From NCBI GenBank assembly GCA_012295275.1, contig CM022665.1, forward strand, positions 24,800,001-24,864,000: a stretch of DNA of 64,000 nucleotides, in the 5' to 3' direction. The notes under the pieces were generated by a model. It had not been told where the DNA came from and did not search any database. It worked only from the letters and a program-made list of their open reading frames with translations. This document shows, in pieces, positions 1 through 12,100 of this stretch. Each line of letters begins with the position of its first letter. The first letter of the stretch is position 1. Both the position numbers and the translations under genes were made by a program. The stretch comes from Chrysomallon squamiferum. Lineage: Eukaryota > Animalia > Mollusca.

Positions 1-767
1 ATTATAATCATAAAACTAATTACGATGATTATATTAATAAATTGTTCCTTCAGCTAAGGTAAATTATGGTCGTTAATATGATATATTTTTGAAAATATTT
101 TTTCATTATCTATATCAAGATAAACAAGAAGACATTTGTAACTATAAATACAGATTCAGCATATATATTTATATGTGTGTGTGTGTAATTTTTTTTTTTT
201 TTTAAATAAGTTTCGATCACCTTAAAGGTATAGTGTGAAATTATTTCTATAAGCACTGTTTTTCTTTGTTTGGTTTGTTTTCCTCTCCAGTACCTACTTT
301 GTACTCATATATTTGTCTGTGACATCTATTTACGTTACACAAATATCAAATTTTACAAGTTTATTTGGCTAACCAGTTCGCTGTGTTTATCTTTCGGCTG
401 GAAATCGGAAATAAAATAGTAATGGTTTACAACAGAGCGATTTCCGTTCTTCTTTAATGGAAAGGATATTTGTAAGTATACATCAAAGTAATATATATGA
501 GTGTGTATGCATGTTTGTTCGTTTGTTCGTTTGTGTGTGTGTGTGTGTGTGGCTTTAGCATGAGGCTCAGTGTATTTCAAGATCTAACCCGTTCAAAATA
601 TCTCGTATCAAAGACTATGTTATGTACTGTCCACGTGTGTTTACGTGATTTAATCAGTATATAATGCACGAATATAAGATCGAGTATAAACTTCACGAGA
701 TAAAATTGCTTTGCACATAGCAATATGGGGAAAAAAAAAAAACACATTCTTTTACGCCACCAGCGAA

Positions 768-825
<58 letters not shown>

Positions 826-848
826 GTAATAATAATAATAATAATAAT
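768..848. repeat. (AAT)n microsatellite downstream of the stop codon
   Basis: About 27 units with one interruption. Confidence 0.95.
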
Positions 849-1082
849 TAAAAAAAAGTATAATAATAATAAAACATTATCAATAAAATAATACACAAAT
901 GATACAAATATACAAGGTATAAAAATCTCAATTCTCCAATACAATTCCAGTAAAGAGAATAAAAAGGAAAAATACCAACAAACACAAAATTACAACAAAA
1001 GCAGATATAATTCACTCTTGACATATATATACAATAAAAAGTATAATTATAAAAAAGAAAAATGTATAGAAAAAAGACGACA

Positions 1083-1270
1083 TTATTTTCTTGTGCGATC
1101 GAAACACTGGCTGTAACATTCCTCGAAAGAATCCCAGTTATTTCCATTGGCCTCGTTGGAACATCCGCCGAAATAGAACATGTTACATCGGTTGGTCTCG
1201 TAGTCGTAGTACACTCGTGACATCGCGGCCCGGCATCGTCCTGGGTGCTTGGGAAGGAGACATGGGTTCT
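1083..1270 (-). CDS. Coding exon 6 (terminal): BPTI/Kunitz domain 2 (P1 Arg) and stop
   Basis: Branch-point-like TACTGAC near 1322-1316. The first AG after it is cattgcag| at 1271, phase 1. Translates ENPCLLPKHPGRCRAAMSRVYYDYETNRCNMFYFGGCSNEANGNNWDSFEECYSQCFDRTRK*, with six Kunitz Cys. TAA at 1085-1083. Confidence 0.93.
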
Positions 1271-2622
1271 CTGCAATGTATGAATGAATGAATATTTGCA
1301 CAGCCAAAATCGTTGTCAGTACATGAAACTAAAATATATATATATAATGCTTAGGTAATGTTTCTTGATGCCAATGGATTGTCATTAGAAGTATAGACAT
1401 TATATACATATACATATACATATATATATAAAAAATTATTCCTCCATTATTATTATTATTTTTTTAATTTTTAAAATACTATCACCATGACGTTACGCTT
1501 TCTGAAACGAAATGAATCATATCTGATATGTATATATATAAATAAATAAAATAATAATAATAAAAAAAATATATATACAATTAAAAAAATATAATAATAA
1601 AAATTAAAAAATAAACAAAAATATCGCTGTCGTGTCGTAACCTGCTGTATCGATAAATCGATGATCGATAGACTGCAATTCTCGATGATATAATGATGCG
1701 TTACGCAAGAAAATCATTACATCACGATGTTTTTACGCTTGGCTGATTTCTACAGGATTTCGTAAGAAAGGTTTAATCAAATTGTATTTTCTCACATAGG
1801 AATTACCCGTTTTTAAACTAATCGATGTTTTGATTTGCTGTCAGATCACAAGTGTTTTTATCTAAAGTTAAATGCAGTAATTTAATTATACGTTAATTTA
1901 ATTCATAGAAATTATATTGTTTCTTTTTATTTAATTGGATATTGAATTTAATTTTACTGAATTTAATTTATTTATTTCATTGGATTCAGACTTAACTGCA
2001 AAATTTTATATATTTTATTTTTTTATTTTATTTTATTTGTTTGATTGTTTGCTACACAAGAAATGTAAGATTCTAAATTAATGAATTTAATATACATTTT
2101 TGTGTTAAGTGTCATTAAATATACATTTACCCGTTTTTTTTTTTTATACAATCATTTAAAAAGAACAGAAATCTTCTGAGGTTTGTTAAGGATATTCAGT
2201 ATTCCTTTAATTTTAGATCATCAAATACAATAAAATCACTGAAAATAATATAATATTATTTCTATTTACAAATCTATCTAAATCATATGAAGTGACACAA
2301 AAATATTTTTAATCAGGAATTTCCACGACAAAAGACTGACTTTTATTATGAGCCAAATTAGAGTTATCTTTGAAAATGGCCGCCATTTTGAAATTGCGAG
2401 CGGCTAGATAATTTATCTTTCAAAGTGACCCTTGGAGATAAATATCCATGGCAACAGTCATTGCTTTGCATCACCATTTGAACGATTCGACCAGTTAACA
2501 GCTGTTATTTGCTCCATTAATAACACATGACTAATAAAGATTATTGTCAGTAAGTATAGTAATAATTACGCCATGATAAAAAAAAATGTTACGTTCGTTC
2601 TTAAATGGTCAAAAACACTCAC

Positions 2623-2778
2623 CGCAACTTTGCTTGCATTCAGAATACGTTTTGAAATTGTTGTCGTTGTTTCCACAGCCACCAAAAATAAACATTTCAC
2701 ATCTTCCACTGGTATTGTTGTAGAAATAGCGTGGCACCAGGGAGCGGCAAGGTCCTACATCTCTTGTCTGTTTGCATC
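2623..2778 (-). CDS. Coding exon 5: BPTI/Kunitz domain 1 (P1 Arg)
   Basis: Acceptor poly-T ccag|, donor G|gtgagt, phase 1-1. Translates RCKQTRDVGPCRSLVPRYFYNNTSGRCEMFIFGGCGNNDNNFKTYSECKQSC, with six Cys and the canonical FxxGGCxxxxNNFxxxxxC signature. Confidence 0.95.
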
Positions 2779-3594
2779 CTGGAAAAAAAAAAAAAAATAA
2801 AATAAAATAAAAAGACGTAGAAGAGTGAAAAGATGCTAAACAAATAAAGAAGGAATTAAAAAAATAAAATAAAATAAAAATAAAAAACAAACAATGAAAG
2901 AATGAAAGAAAATGATCATACTATAATAATTATAATCATAATAGTCATTGTCGTCATAACCATCATCATCTTCATTATTGTTGTTGTTGTTGTTGTTATT
3001 ATTATTATTGCTGCACTAATAGCAGTAGTAGAAGTAGTAGTAATAGTAATAATTGCAGTATTTTATGTTACAGAACATCACGAGTAAAGCTGATGAATTT
3101 GTCTGTTTTGTGTAAATAAAAATGTTTGCAATATATTTTTTCATATCTGATTCACGAAGTTGTTTCAAATGCAAGATCCGATGTTTTCTAATAGTGTTAA
3201 TGAAAACAAACTTTAAATTATGTTTGGATAGTCAAATTAATGGCTAGGAGGGGAGCTAACTACGTTTTCATATGGGATTAATATGTTGTGATTTATTTCC
3301 CTTTAGATAATGTTATTTGACTCGCTTAGATAACAAATTAGAGTGACTTAATGCGAAATTTGTCGAACGTTAAGATTATGCAAATATGTCTTTGTCTTAA
3401 AGCTGTTCATTCACAGATATTACAAATGATGATTAGCAAACTGTCTTAAATTAACCTCATTCTGACCTATATCCAATACCAAACACACGCCAAAAAATAT
3501 ATATATATATATATATACTAGAGTCTCAGATAATCACAAAAAAAAGAAAAAAAAAAAATAAAAAGTTTACAAAAACACACACACACACAAAAAA

Positions 3595-3627
<33 letters not shown>

Positions 3628-3716
3628 TAAATAAAACGTTTAAAAAAAAAACGAAAAAACAAGAGAAAAAAGAAAAAAAGCAACCCCCCCAAAAAAAATC
3701 CCCCCAATCCACTCAC

Positions 3717-4154
3717 TTGGAATAAATCGAAATTCTTTATAGTCTGATGGTTCTGGTGGTACATTGGTGCAGCAGACTCCGTATTCCAGATTTGAGAAGA
3801 TTCTGCAAGTCTGACCGGGCTTACACAGCCTTTCCTTATTACACAATCTCCCAGGCTTGACTCCATGGGGACAGATCTTACGCCAGTTTGAATCACTTGT
3901 TTCATTACGAATTTCAATCATTTTTGATGTTGCTGCAACCGTTGTTGTTGCTGTGATAGTGGATGGCGTAATTGGAGTTGCTGTTGCTACTGTAGTGAGG
4001 AAAGGCTTCGTTGGGTATTTTGTAGATATTTGTGATGTGGTTGTTTCGACTATTTCTGTAGAAGATTTCGGAGATGAAAAGGAGTGAGGTGGAAAGCGCT
4101 GAACTGGAAATGGTAGAAATGGTGGAATATTCTGTACTGAATCTTCGTCAAAAT
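3717..4154 (-). CDS. Coding exon 4: Pro/Thr-rich mucin-like linker plus lustrin/WR1-like cysteine repeat
   Basis: Acceptor ttttcttcttaaag|, donor AA|gtgagt, phase 1-1. Lies within ORF 3640..4182: DFDEDSVQNIPPFLPFPVQRFPP...TTVATATPITPSTITATTTV...CPHGVKPGRLCNKERLCKPGQTCRIFSNLEYGVCC...FRFIP. The CPxG..C..C..C..GxCC six-Cys pattern resembles the lustrin Cys-rich repeat. Confidence 0.88.
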
Positions 4155-4628
4155 CTTTAAGAAGAAAACAAATATATATCATTTTATTTATTTATGCTAG
4201 GATCATTCCACATAATATAACGTTTTCATATGTGTATGTATGTATATATATATATATATTTTTTTTTTAATTATTATTATTTTTTTTTTAACAAGACTAC
4301 ATCAATCTATACTTAAAATTAATAACAGGTATACAAATATGACATCATTTCCTGTATCTAATGTTTCGGACGTAGACATTATTCAAATAACTGAAGACAG
4401 TGTATTGATTTTTACACTTAGATTCATAAATTTTGTTTATCAAATAAAGCCCATTTGGAAATCAGCTAAATCTTGCTCAGCCCGAGTTTCTTGGAATCTT
4501 CACGTAAAACTGACCTTTTCACCTTTCTGATATTAATCTTTAGTAAATCATAGCAATGAAAAAAGTAGCATCATTCAGAATATCTGACATGAATAAATCT
4601 TTCTTTGTATAACGTAACTATTAAGTAC

Positions 4629-4716
4629 CTGGAACACACTTGTACTTTCTCAAAGAGAACCATCCTGCTCGTCTGTTCAGAGTTTCACAGTGCTGACCTA
4701 ATGGACATCGAACTCC
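4629..4716 (-). CDS. Coding exon 3: follistatin-N-terminal (FOLN)-like four-Cys module
   Basis: Branch-like ctgac, acceptor attcag|, donor CAG|gtact, phase 0-1. Translates GVRCPLGQHCETLNRRAGWFSLRKYKCVP. With the last Cys of exon 2 this gives CxxVxCxxGxxC...CV. It is needed to keep frame between exons 2 and 4. Confidence 0.82.
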
Positions 4717-4807
4717 CTGAATTGTCAGTGGAAGAAATAACAGAATTTGTTAGGTTAACATCTAAGAAACTTTAAATTGAACAAAATGAAAGTGATACTG
4801 ATGATTA

Positions 4808-4922
<115 letters not shown>

Positions 4923-4993
4923 CTTAAATATATATATATATATCTACTGAAAACAGTATATTTCAGAGATGCGTTATTGTGTTTGTATGTTAC

Positions 4994-5115
4994 CTGGCAT
5001 GATGTGGGTGTAGGTGAACAGAGGCATACCGAACACCCGAGTATGTCTTTAGCAAAGCCGCCGCTGGGACAGTCTCTTTCCTTTAAAGCACAGTCAGTCA
5101 ATGGAGGGCAGAAAC
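4994..5115 (-). CDS. Coding exon 2: antistasin-like domain
   Basis: Acceptor tatag|, donor CAG|gtaac, phase 1-0. Translates GFCPPLTDCALKERDCPSGGFAKDILGCSVCLCSPTPTSCQ, matching the antistasin pattern C..C..CPxGFxxDxxGCxxCxC. Lies inside ORF 4805..5173. Confidence 0.88.
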
Positions 5116-5170
5116 CTATATTAAGTGTACGACTATTAAATAAATAATTAAATAAATAATTAAATAAATA

Positions 5171-5172
<2 letters not shown>

Positions 5173-5243
<71 letters not shown>
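5173..5243. repeat. (TC)n microsatellite, intron 1
   Basis: About 35 perfect TC units. Confidence 0.97.
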
Positions 5244-5246
<3 letters not shown>

Positions 5247-5774
5247 AAATATATATACTAGAGAGAGAAAGAGAGAGAGAACAGAGACAGTAAAGCAAGC
5301 TATATTATCTACAACACAATAAAAATCTTTATTAATTATTATAAAGCATTTTGACTCCGTTAAAACGTCTTTTGTTTCTTTTCTGCTTTGTATTTAACCT
5401 TTAACAACATACGTGCGCACAAGCGTGTTTGTTCGGCTGTACAAAGTAACTAGTCTGACGACATCACCACGAGACAATTACAACACAGCATTAGCACGAA
5501 AAGAAACCTAAACAAATATTTGACCATCATGCTTTCATGTTCGTCACTAGTCGTTGGAGATGACGGACACTAGGTACAGCGGAAATGTCACACAAAACAT
5601 GCACGTTGTGTATTGTCTGACGTGGTTTTTAAGGCCGATGTGAACGATCAGTCGTTTACAAGGTAAACTTGTGATATTGGGAAATACGTGAGTTGATTGG
5701 AAAATGATGAATTATCGTGTGCATGTGTGGTTAGTCATGTTAATATAATCTTTCTGGGTTTTTTTTTTTTTGAA

Positions 5775-5775
<1 letters not shown>

Positions 5776-5811
<36 letters not shown>

Positions 5812-5914
5812 TTATTCTTATTATTATTATTGTCTGTTGTTGTTGTCACTGTTGCTGCTGTTTTTGCTGTTGTTGTTGTTATTGCTGTTATTATTATTAC
5901 TATTACTATTACTG

Positions 5915-5970
<56 letters not shown>

Positions 5971-6120
5971 AATATAATTCTGATTTACCTGGTTTATTAA
6001 TTTTGTTATTATTATTATATTATTATTATTGTCTGTTGTTGCTAATATTGTTGTTGTTGTTATTATTATTACTAATTTATTGATGTCGTTGTTATTGTTA
6101 TTATTAATTAATTAATTAAT
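5776..6120. repeat. Compound (ATT)n/(GTT)n/(GT)n microsatellite, intron 1
   Basis: Directly visible; pure GT run at 5917-5966. Confidence 0.9.
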
Positions 6121-6415
6121 TTATTTTAATATACTTTTCAAACCTAATGTGCTACTTGGATGAAAAAGTTAAGTTATTGATCTTTCCATACGTTTGGAAT
6201 AAAAGAAATAAAAAACTTTTAAAAGATTCATCTCTGACACTGAAAAATTCATTTCTTCTTTTGAATTTTTTATTTTTATTTATTTATCAACATCATTGTT
6301 ATTATCATTATCATCCACGTTATTATCATCACTATGCAAAAGAATGTGGGATAATGTATATTCAATCTTTTTTTTTTTTTTTTTTTTTTTACGACGCGTT
6401 GCTATAATTTCTTAC

Positions 6416-6518
6416 CTCTAAATATTCGCCTGAATTCTTCTGGTGAAAACGAATCCACCAGGATGTCACTCAGCAAAAATACGACCAGAAATGTGTAAAG
6501 TTGTAGTTTGTAATTCAT
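6416..6518 (-). CDS. Coding exon 1 of a secreted multidomain antistasin/Kunitz protease-inhibitor-like protein (signal peptide)
   Basis: The reverse complement reads ttttgcag|TACACC-ATG (good Kozak context accATG) and translates MNYKLQLYTFLVVFLLSDILVDSFSPEEFRRIFR, a hydrophobic signal-peptide-like N-terminus. It ends at AG|gtaag in phase 1, compatible with the next exon. It is too short to appear in the ORF track. Confidence 0.8.
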
Positions 6519-6687
6519 GGTGTACTGCAAAATACAACAAATGTTAAAACACGATATGTGTAAAAAATTGTAATTAGAACGGTATTCTTGTTTGCTGAAG
6601 AAAGATTGAAAAGAGTTTGAGATAGCAGCCCAGTATCACTTGTAACAACTCGAGGAAAATAACGGTTGAAATGAAATAAAATAAATG

Positions 6688-6720
<33 letters not shown>

Positions 6721-6999
6721 ATAATAATAATAATAAAAAAATAATAATAATATATAATTAAAAAAATTAAAAAATAATAAAGCAAATTAAAATAAAAATT
6801 TAATTTTTTTTTAAAAAAAAAAAAAAAAAAAACCCACCTATTTAAATAACCGTTAATCATTAACAAAATTAAACTAAATACTTATTATATTCACCTATTT
6901 AAGAACAAAATAATAATAATAATCAAAAAAAATATGCACCTGTTAAATTAAATTAAATCCACAATTTTTGAAATTACAAAACGTTCTTCAGCTAAACCG

Positions 7000-7350
7000 T
7001 TACCCCCGTACACCTGTGGAGGTGTCGCGCGCGGTTTTAACGGTCACGTAAATTTATGACAAGTAGTCGTAATTCTACAAAAGGTCTCTGTATTTATAGA
7101 CGATGCGACACACGAGGATGCGAGCTTGTTTGAATTCTCCTTAGTTAAATGGGTGGATTCGCTAAAGCTGAAAACCCAAACAATTAAGAGATTGTCTAAC
7201 GGCAATGGGCAAACTGCCACTTTACGTCATTTTCCACGACTAAATTTAGACGCTCTGTGACGTGTCAACTATGCAAACACTCCCGCTCAATACAGACGGT
7301 TATTTTCCGTTACTTTACAAACAAACAAAATTAAAATCAAATGACGTTAA
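7000..7350 (-). promoter_or_regulatory. Candidate core promoter and short non-coding first exon of the Kunitz gene
   Basis: The ATG exon has a splice acceptor 6 nt upstream, so a 5' UTR exon is needed. Minus-strand TATAAATA at 7098-7091 is followed by a CpG-rich ~60-nt stretch and candidate donors CAG|gtgtac (7013) or GG|gtaacg (7003). CRE half-sites (TGACGT) lie upstream at ~7222, ~7258 and ~7342. Confidence 0.4.
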
Positions 7351-8157
7351 AAATCCGGAAGAAGACGAAGTGGGAAAAAAAAAAAAAAAAATTTATATAT
7401 ATATTGTCAGACCTCTATGGTTATATTAATAGCATTATGAATATATGCAATTATAGATAATATACTAGTATATTTAGTCTGTTGTATACTAATTCAAAAA
7501 GTGTGGAAAAAAAAAATTGTATCTGTTTGTCTGTCTACCTGTATGTATGTACGTACGTACGTCTGTTTATGTGTGTGAATGTGTAAATAAAAAGACGTGT
7601 TTTTATTTATACATACAAAACAAAGGCGGAAACAAAACAGACAACTTTAACAATATATTATCAGATAGCTCTCTTATATAGCCTACATTGTGTGTGTATG
7701 TATATGCATATATTTGCACATACATACATACATACATACATACCTACCTACCTATAACACAGTTTCAGTTGTAATCTCACAACAAGGTCGCATGTACTGG
7801 ACACGACATGGTACAGAAAAGACGCGCCTATTTTTGTCCTGTTAATAACGTAACCTTTGCAAACACTTAAATTAGTAGTAGCGCAGACCATTAACCATTC
7901 CCTGACATTTCAGAATTTCTTTAACTTACTCATCCTCTTACACGGGCTCTTGACTTTTAAACCAAAATTGTGTTTTCCCTCGTTTATACGCAATCAAATG
8001 GTTAAAATGGAGACAGACACTGTCTTATATCATTTGCGTCGTTTTATTTTCAAACCGCAAAACATTTGCTTAATATATTTGTATATTACTAAGTATATAG
8101 ATTAAAGGAGGATTCTGTTTTGAACGTATAGGTGTTTACGGTCCTAAACAGAATTTA

Positions 8158-8192
<35 letters not shown>

Positions 8193-8490
8193 ATTAATGT
8201 TAAAAAGAACAAGAAAGGTATTCAGTTTATTGAAATTTTTGCGATGTTTGGTATGTGTAAAACAGGTATTTCACGAATGTAATCGTTATTATTTGGTTTA
8301 ATGCATTTCACACTCAACCTCAAACAAAACTTCAGTATCCTAACTTCAGTAAAAAGTAAAATGAATAAAGAAACACAGAAACACAAAAACAAATAAACGG
8401 AAACAACAAATAAACATAAATAAATAAATAAATAAACAAATATTGACTTGCCGTCACGATGTTTTCAATTGAAATTAACCGATGTAACGG

Positions 8491-8510
8491 TTGCGTCACT
8501 GTGACGTCAT
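8491..8510. promoter_or_regulatory. Perfect CRE (TGACGTCA) with adjacent CRE half-site
   Basis: ttgcgtcactgTGACGTCAt, with the palindrome at 8502-8509, about 1.4 kb upstream of the candidate promoter. Motif match only. Confidence 0.3.
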
Positions 8511-10217
8511 AAACGATATTTACGTTTACTTAACTACAGGATGTGCTTTTAAAATAGTCTGCGCACGTGAGTTTTTATTTTCCTTTATTTCTATATTTGT
8601 TGTTATTGCTGTTGTTCTTGTATATATATATAAAAAATATATATCGTTTATATAATTTAAACATTAATTTATAAAATATGTTTAAGGAGTGTTAACGTAT
8701 TTATTTCAGTGTCAAAAAACACACACACACACACACACACTTCAGTATAATGCCATTCTATTGTTACACTGGGTGTTTCTCCAAGCGATGTTTTATTAGC
8801 GTGGGTTTTACAGTTTCTCACCTGTTTAAAACAGACACGATTACATTGTACTTAGACCTATCCGGCCACGCAATTATTATTCTCTAGCGCTTCTTACACC
8901 CAATAAAGCCGACCTGACGAGTTCGAGTTGTCGAAGGTGTGCGTAGCCGAGGTGCTAATACCACTAAATCATTCATTACAAAAGGATCAAAGTTCAGTAC
9001 GAGGGGTTTTGGACCAAATCTTACATGAAACACAGAATTTAAATGGTAATGCTTGATGAATGTTGCATAGTCAGCGGCGGTCTTTGTTTTTGCGCATCTT
9101 TTTTTTTTTTTTTCTATGTCTGTGGAGAGCAAATCGAGGGTTGAATAGTAAGTAGTAAGATAGATACAGTCGTGTGTGGTCGTGGTATCATCATTTGGTT
9201 TGTTTTGTTTTCGCAAACTGCGGTAAGAAACGGATTAGGAAAGTTAATGAAGTTCCCGCAGCTGATGTAATCAGAAGTGTACACACGCTTTGTGTTAATA
9301 AAGAAGTTTGGAATGCACAGAAAACTTTTAATTTTTTAAATTTTTTGTATTGTATGTTTATAAAATTACATGCATTAAAATGTGCACTATATATATTTTC
9401 TTGAAATACTGACATAAGTTTTGCGTTACAACTTTACTGTAGGATTTTTTTTTAAAAATTGTTTTGTTTCTTTGTTTCTTTCTTTTTATTATTATTTTTT
9501 TTTCTTTTTGCCTTGTTGTTATTGCGTTTACAACAACATCAGCTACTTCTCCATTATTGTTATTGTTCTTCTTGTAACTACTATTACTACTGCTACTACT
9601 GCTTCTACTAATATTAATCTGCTACTGCTACTACTGCTACTACAACAACAACAACTACTACTACTGCTACTACTATTACTACTACTACCACTACTAGTAC
9701 CACTACAACTCTGCTACTACTAATTCTACTACTGTTATTGTTGTTTTAAGTCTAATATGTTGCTGGTTGTGATAATTTTCCTGCTTTATATTTATTTTTT
9801 CGTTTTCAGCATGTTCCAGAATTATAATATTTGTCCAATTATTTACTTCCTTATAAGAATTTTGTTATGTGCATTATTCTATATCGTCTTTTCCTGCTTT
9901 ATACTAACGTTTTTTAAAAAATCCAAAACATTAAAAACAAAAAACCAAGCAATTCCCCAATCCTCCAAAACAACAACAACAACAAACAAAAACACCAACA
10001 AACAAAGAAAACAAAAGAAAATAAACAAAAACGAAAGACATTTAATATAAATGACCCGTTTATAAAATATATATTTTTAACATAAGAAACAAAATAATTA
10101 TAATAACGATGATGATAATAGCAGTATTTAAATCAATAAAAAAAAAAAAAAAAAAAAAATGAGGTAATGGATCGATGAATGAATAAATAAATAGAAATAG
10201 CAGTAAATCGATAACAA

Positions 10218-10278
<61 letters not shown>

Positions 10279-10466
10279 TAACACTTAAATTAGTCCTCTG
10301 ACAGCGGCTGGTTTAAATCGCAGTTATGTCCCTTACATGGGAATAGGTATCTTTTTTTTATATTTTTGAAACCGACTGTTTAATGATAGTTAAACCTGAA
10401 ACGAATCAATGAAAGTTTATTAATATTAAGGGTTATTAAATAAATGTATTACTATAATAATACTAT

Positions 10467-10467
<1 letters not shown>

Positions 10468-10562
<95 letters not shown>

Positions 10563-10590
10563 GTTAGTTATTATTATTATTATTATTATT
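10468..10590. repeat. (AAT)n followed by (ATT)n
   Basis: About 31 AAT units, a short spacer, then ~7 ATT units. Confidence 0.93.
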
Positions 10591-10780
10591 TTTTTATATT
10601 TATTGTTGTTACTGTTGTTGTTGTTGTTGTTATTATTAATGACTTAATGAATTAACTAATATTTACTGAACATTTGGTGTGTCTCGTTAGGTAACGATCC
10701 TTTGGGTGGAAGTAATAGTCTTGAATTATAATTTTAGTATGGATAAGATTAGAAACTCTAGGTAATTTTAAAAAGGAGAA

Positions 10781-10811
<31 letters not shown>

Positions 10812-11728
10812 TTCAGCTTTCCTCTTGCTTCAGTCTATCAGGATTTTTATTTTTTATTTTAAACGAGTTTTGTAATGTTTTTGTCACATTTTACTATAAA
10901 CAATGTGCCAAAAATTAATCACTTGAACATAAATAAAATGTATTTTGACTCTTAGTTCACACTACCACGAATAGATACACTTTAAAATAATATCTTGACT
11001 TTTCAACAAAGACGAAAGCTTCTAAATAAATCGTTGTTAAACAGTAAAATTCCATATGACAGTATCAGTGCGTTTTAATGGAATGTAATCAAATTTAATA
11101 CATTTCAACATTTAACTGACACGACAGATGACTTCACTATCCTTTTCTTAAAAAAAAAAAACATAAGTATATATATATACATTTGAAATTTTTTTAACTT
11201 TCAATTTAATGCTACTCAATGACAAATACAGAGCAGACTTTCTTTTTTTTTCAGCGGCCTATTACTGTTTCTAAATAATACAGTTAACAAGATATATATA
11301 TATAAATAAAAAATTAAAAAACATTATAATAATAAGAAATAATAATAAAAGGAAAGAAAACAAAGTGCCACATAGATAATACTATAAATAAAACAGTTAG
11401 TGAAATGTATGGAATGTTGCAGGTTAATGTGTCGTGTTATAGAGTGCACAATTTTTTGTTCTCTCTCTCTTTCTTTCTTTCTTTTTTTATATTTTTTAAA
11501 AGGAAAAAAAAAAAAATAAAAAAAAAAATAAAAAGATCGAGTTCGGGCTACAGGAATGTAACATGATACGAATTACAATCGTCAAGTGAAAGAGAAATTC
11601 AGGGATAGGTAAAGTTTGAATGTTTTTTTTTCTTTCTCGGTACAAGTTGTTGTAAGCGTTCATGAAGCTTATAAGTATTTCTGTACACACAGTGTACAAG
11701 TCAGAGTCTTCCGTCACAGTGAGTATTA

Positions 11729-12100
11729 GGGAGCGGACTGTAGCCCAGGGGTTAGAGTGTTGATATCAAAGCGTACTGTATTGTTTCTCATTCCAACGAA
11801 AGGTTTATCGATGATTGTGTGTTTATTAAAAACAGTATTATATGATTTTTGTTTTTGTTTTTGGGAAGGCACATTATACAAGAGATCTCTTTCTGCTTAT
11901 TGATAAAAAGTAACCTGGGCATGTTGGCAGTGGCTTTTCTTTTTCATTATCTTTAACTATATATATATATGTACACACACACGTATATGGTTAAAGACAC
12001 TGCAGGTAATGAAATGTGTATGTATGACGCAATATAACCTTTAACAATAAATTTAAAATTATGTTGAATGCGTCGTTGAATAAAATGTTTCTTCATTCCT
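11729..12100 (+). mobile_element. Decayed tRNA-derived SINE (MetaSINE/MESC-like), most complete copy in the window
   Basis: tRNA-like head GGGAGCGGACTGTAGCCCAGGGGTTAGAG with an A-box and no clear B-box. The core GGGAAGGCACATTATACAAGAGATCTCTTTCTGCTTATTGA aligns to the reverse complement of 15545-15595. The tail ATGTTGAATGCGTCGTTGAATAAAATGTTTCTTC aligns to the reverse complement of 23981-24030. The family name is from recollection of gastropod SINEs, not from a search. Confidence 0.65.

Noticed and set aside
848-1291. ORFs 848..1276 (-) and 1091..1291 (+) with Cys-rich translations
   Set aside because: These are alternative-frame and antisense shadows of Kunitz exon 6.
1271-1330. Alternative acceptor ttttag at 1329 giving VSCTDNDFGCAN..., superficially LDL-receptor class A-like
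   Set aside because: It puts Kunitz 2 out of frame with an early stop, and the LDLa pattern does not continue. The branch-like TACTGAC lies downstream of this AG, favouring the acceptor at 1271.
3567-4087. ORFs 3567..3917 (-) and 3857..4087 (+)
   Set aside because: These are shadow frames of exon 4; the hydrophobic look comes from antisense Thr codons and poly-T.
10468-10590. Hairpin formed by (AAT)n followed by (ATT)n (also ~34310 and ~44790)
   Set aside because: This is a trivial consequence of abundant AAT microsatellites in both orientations.
11729-11800. tRNA gene at GGGAGCGGACTGTAGCCCAGGGGTTAGAG
   Set aside because: It has no T-arm/B-box or closing acceptor stem and continues into the SINE core, so it is a SINE head.
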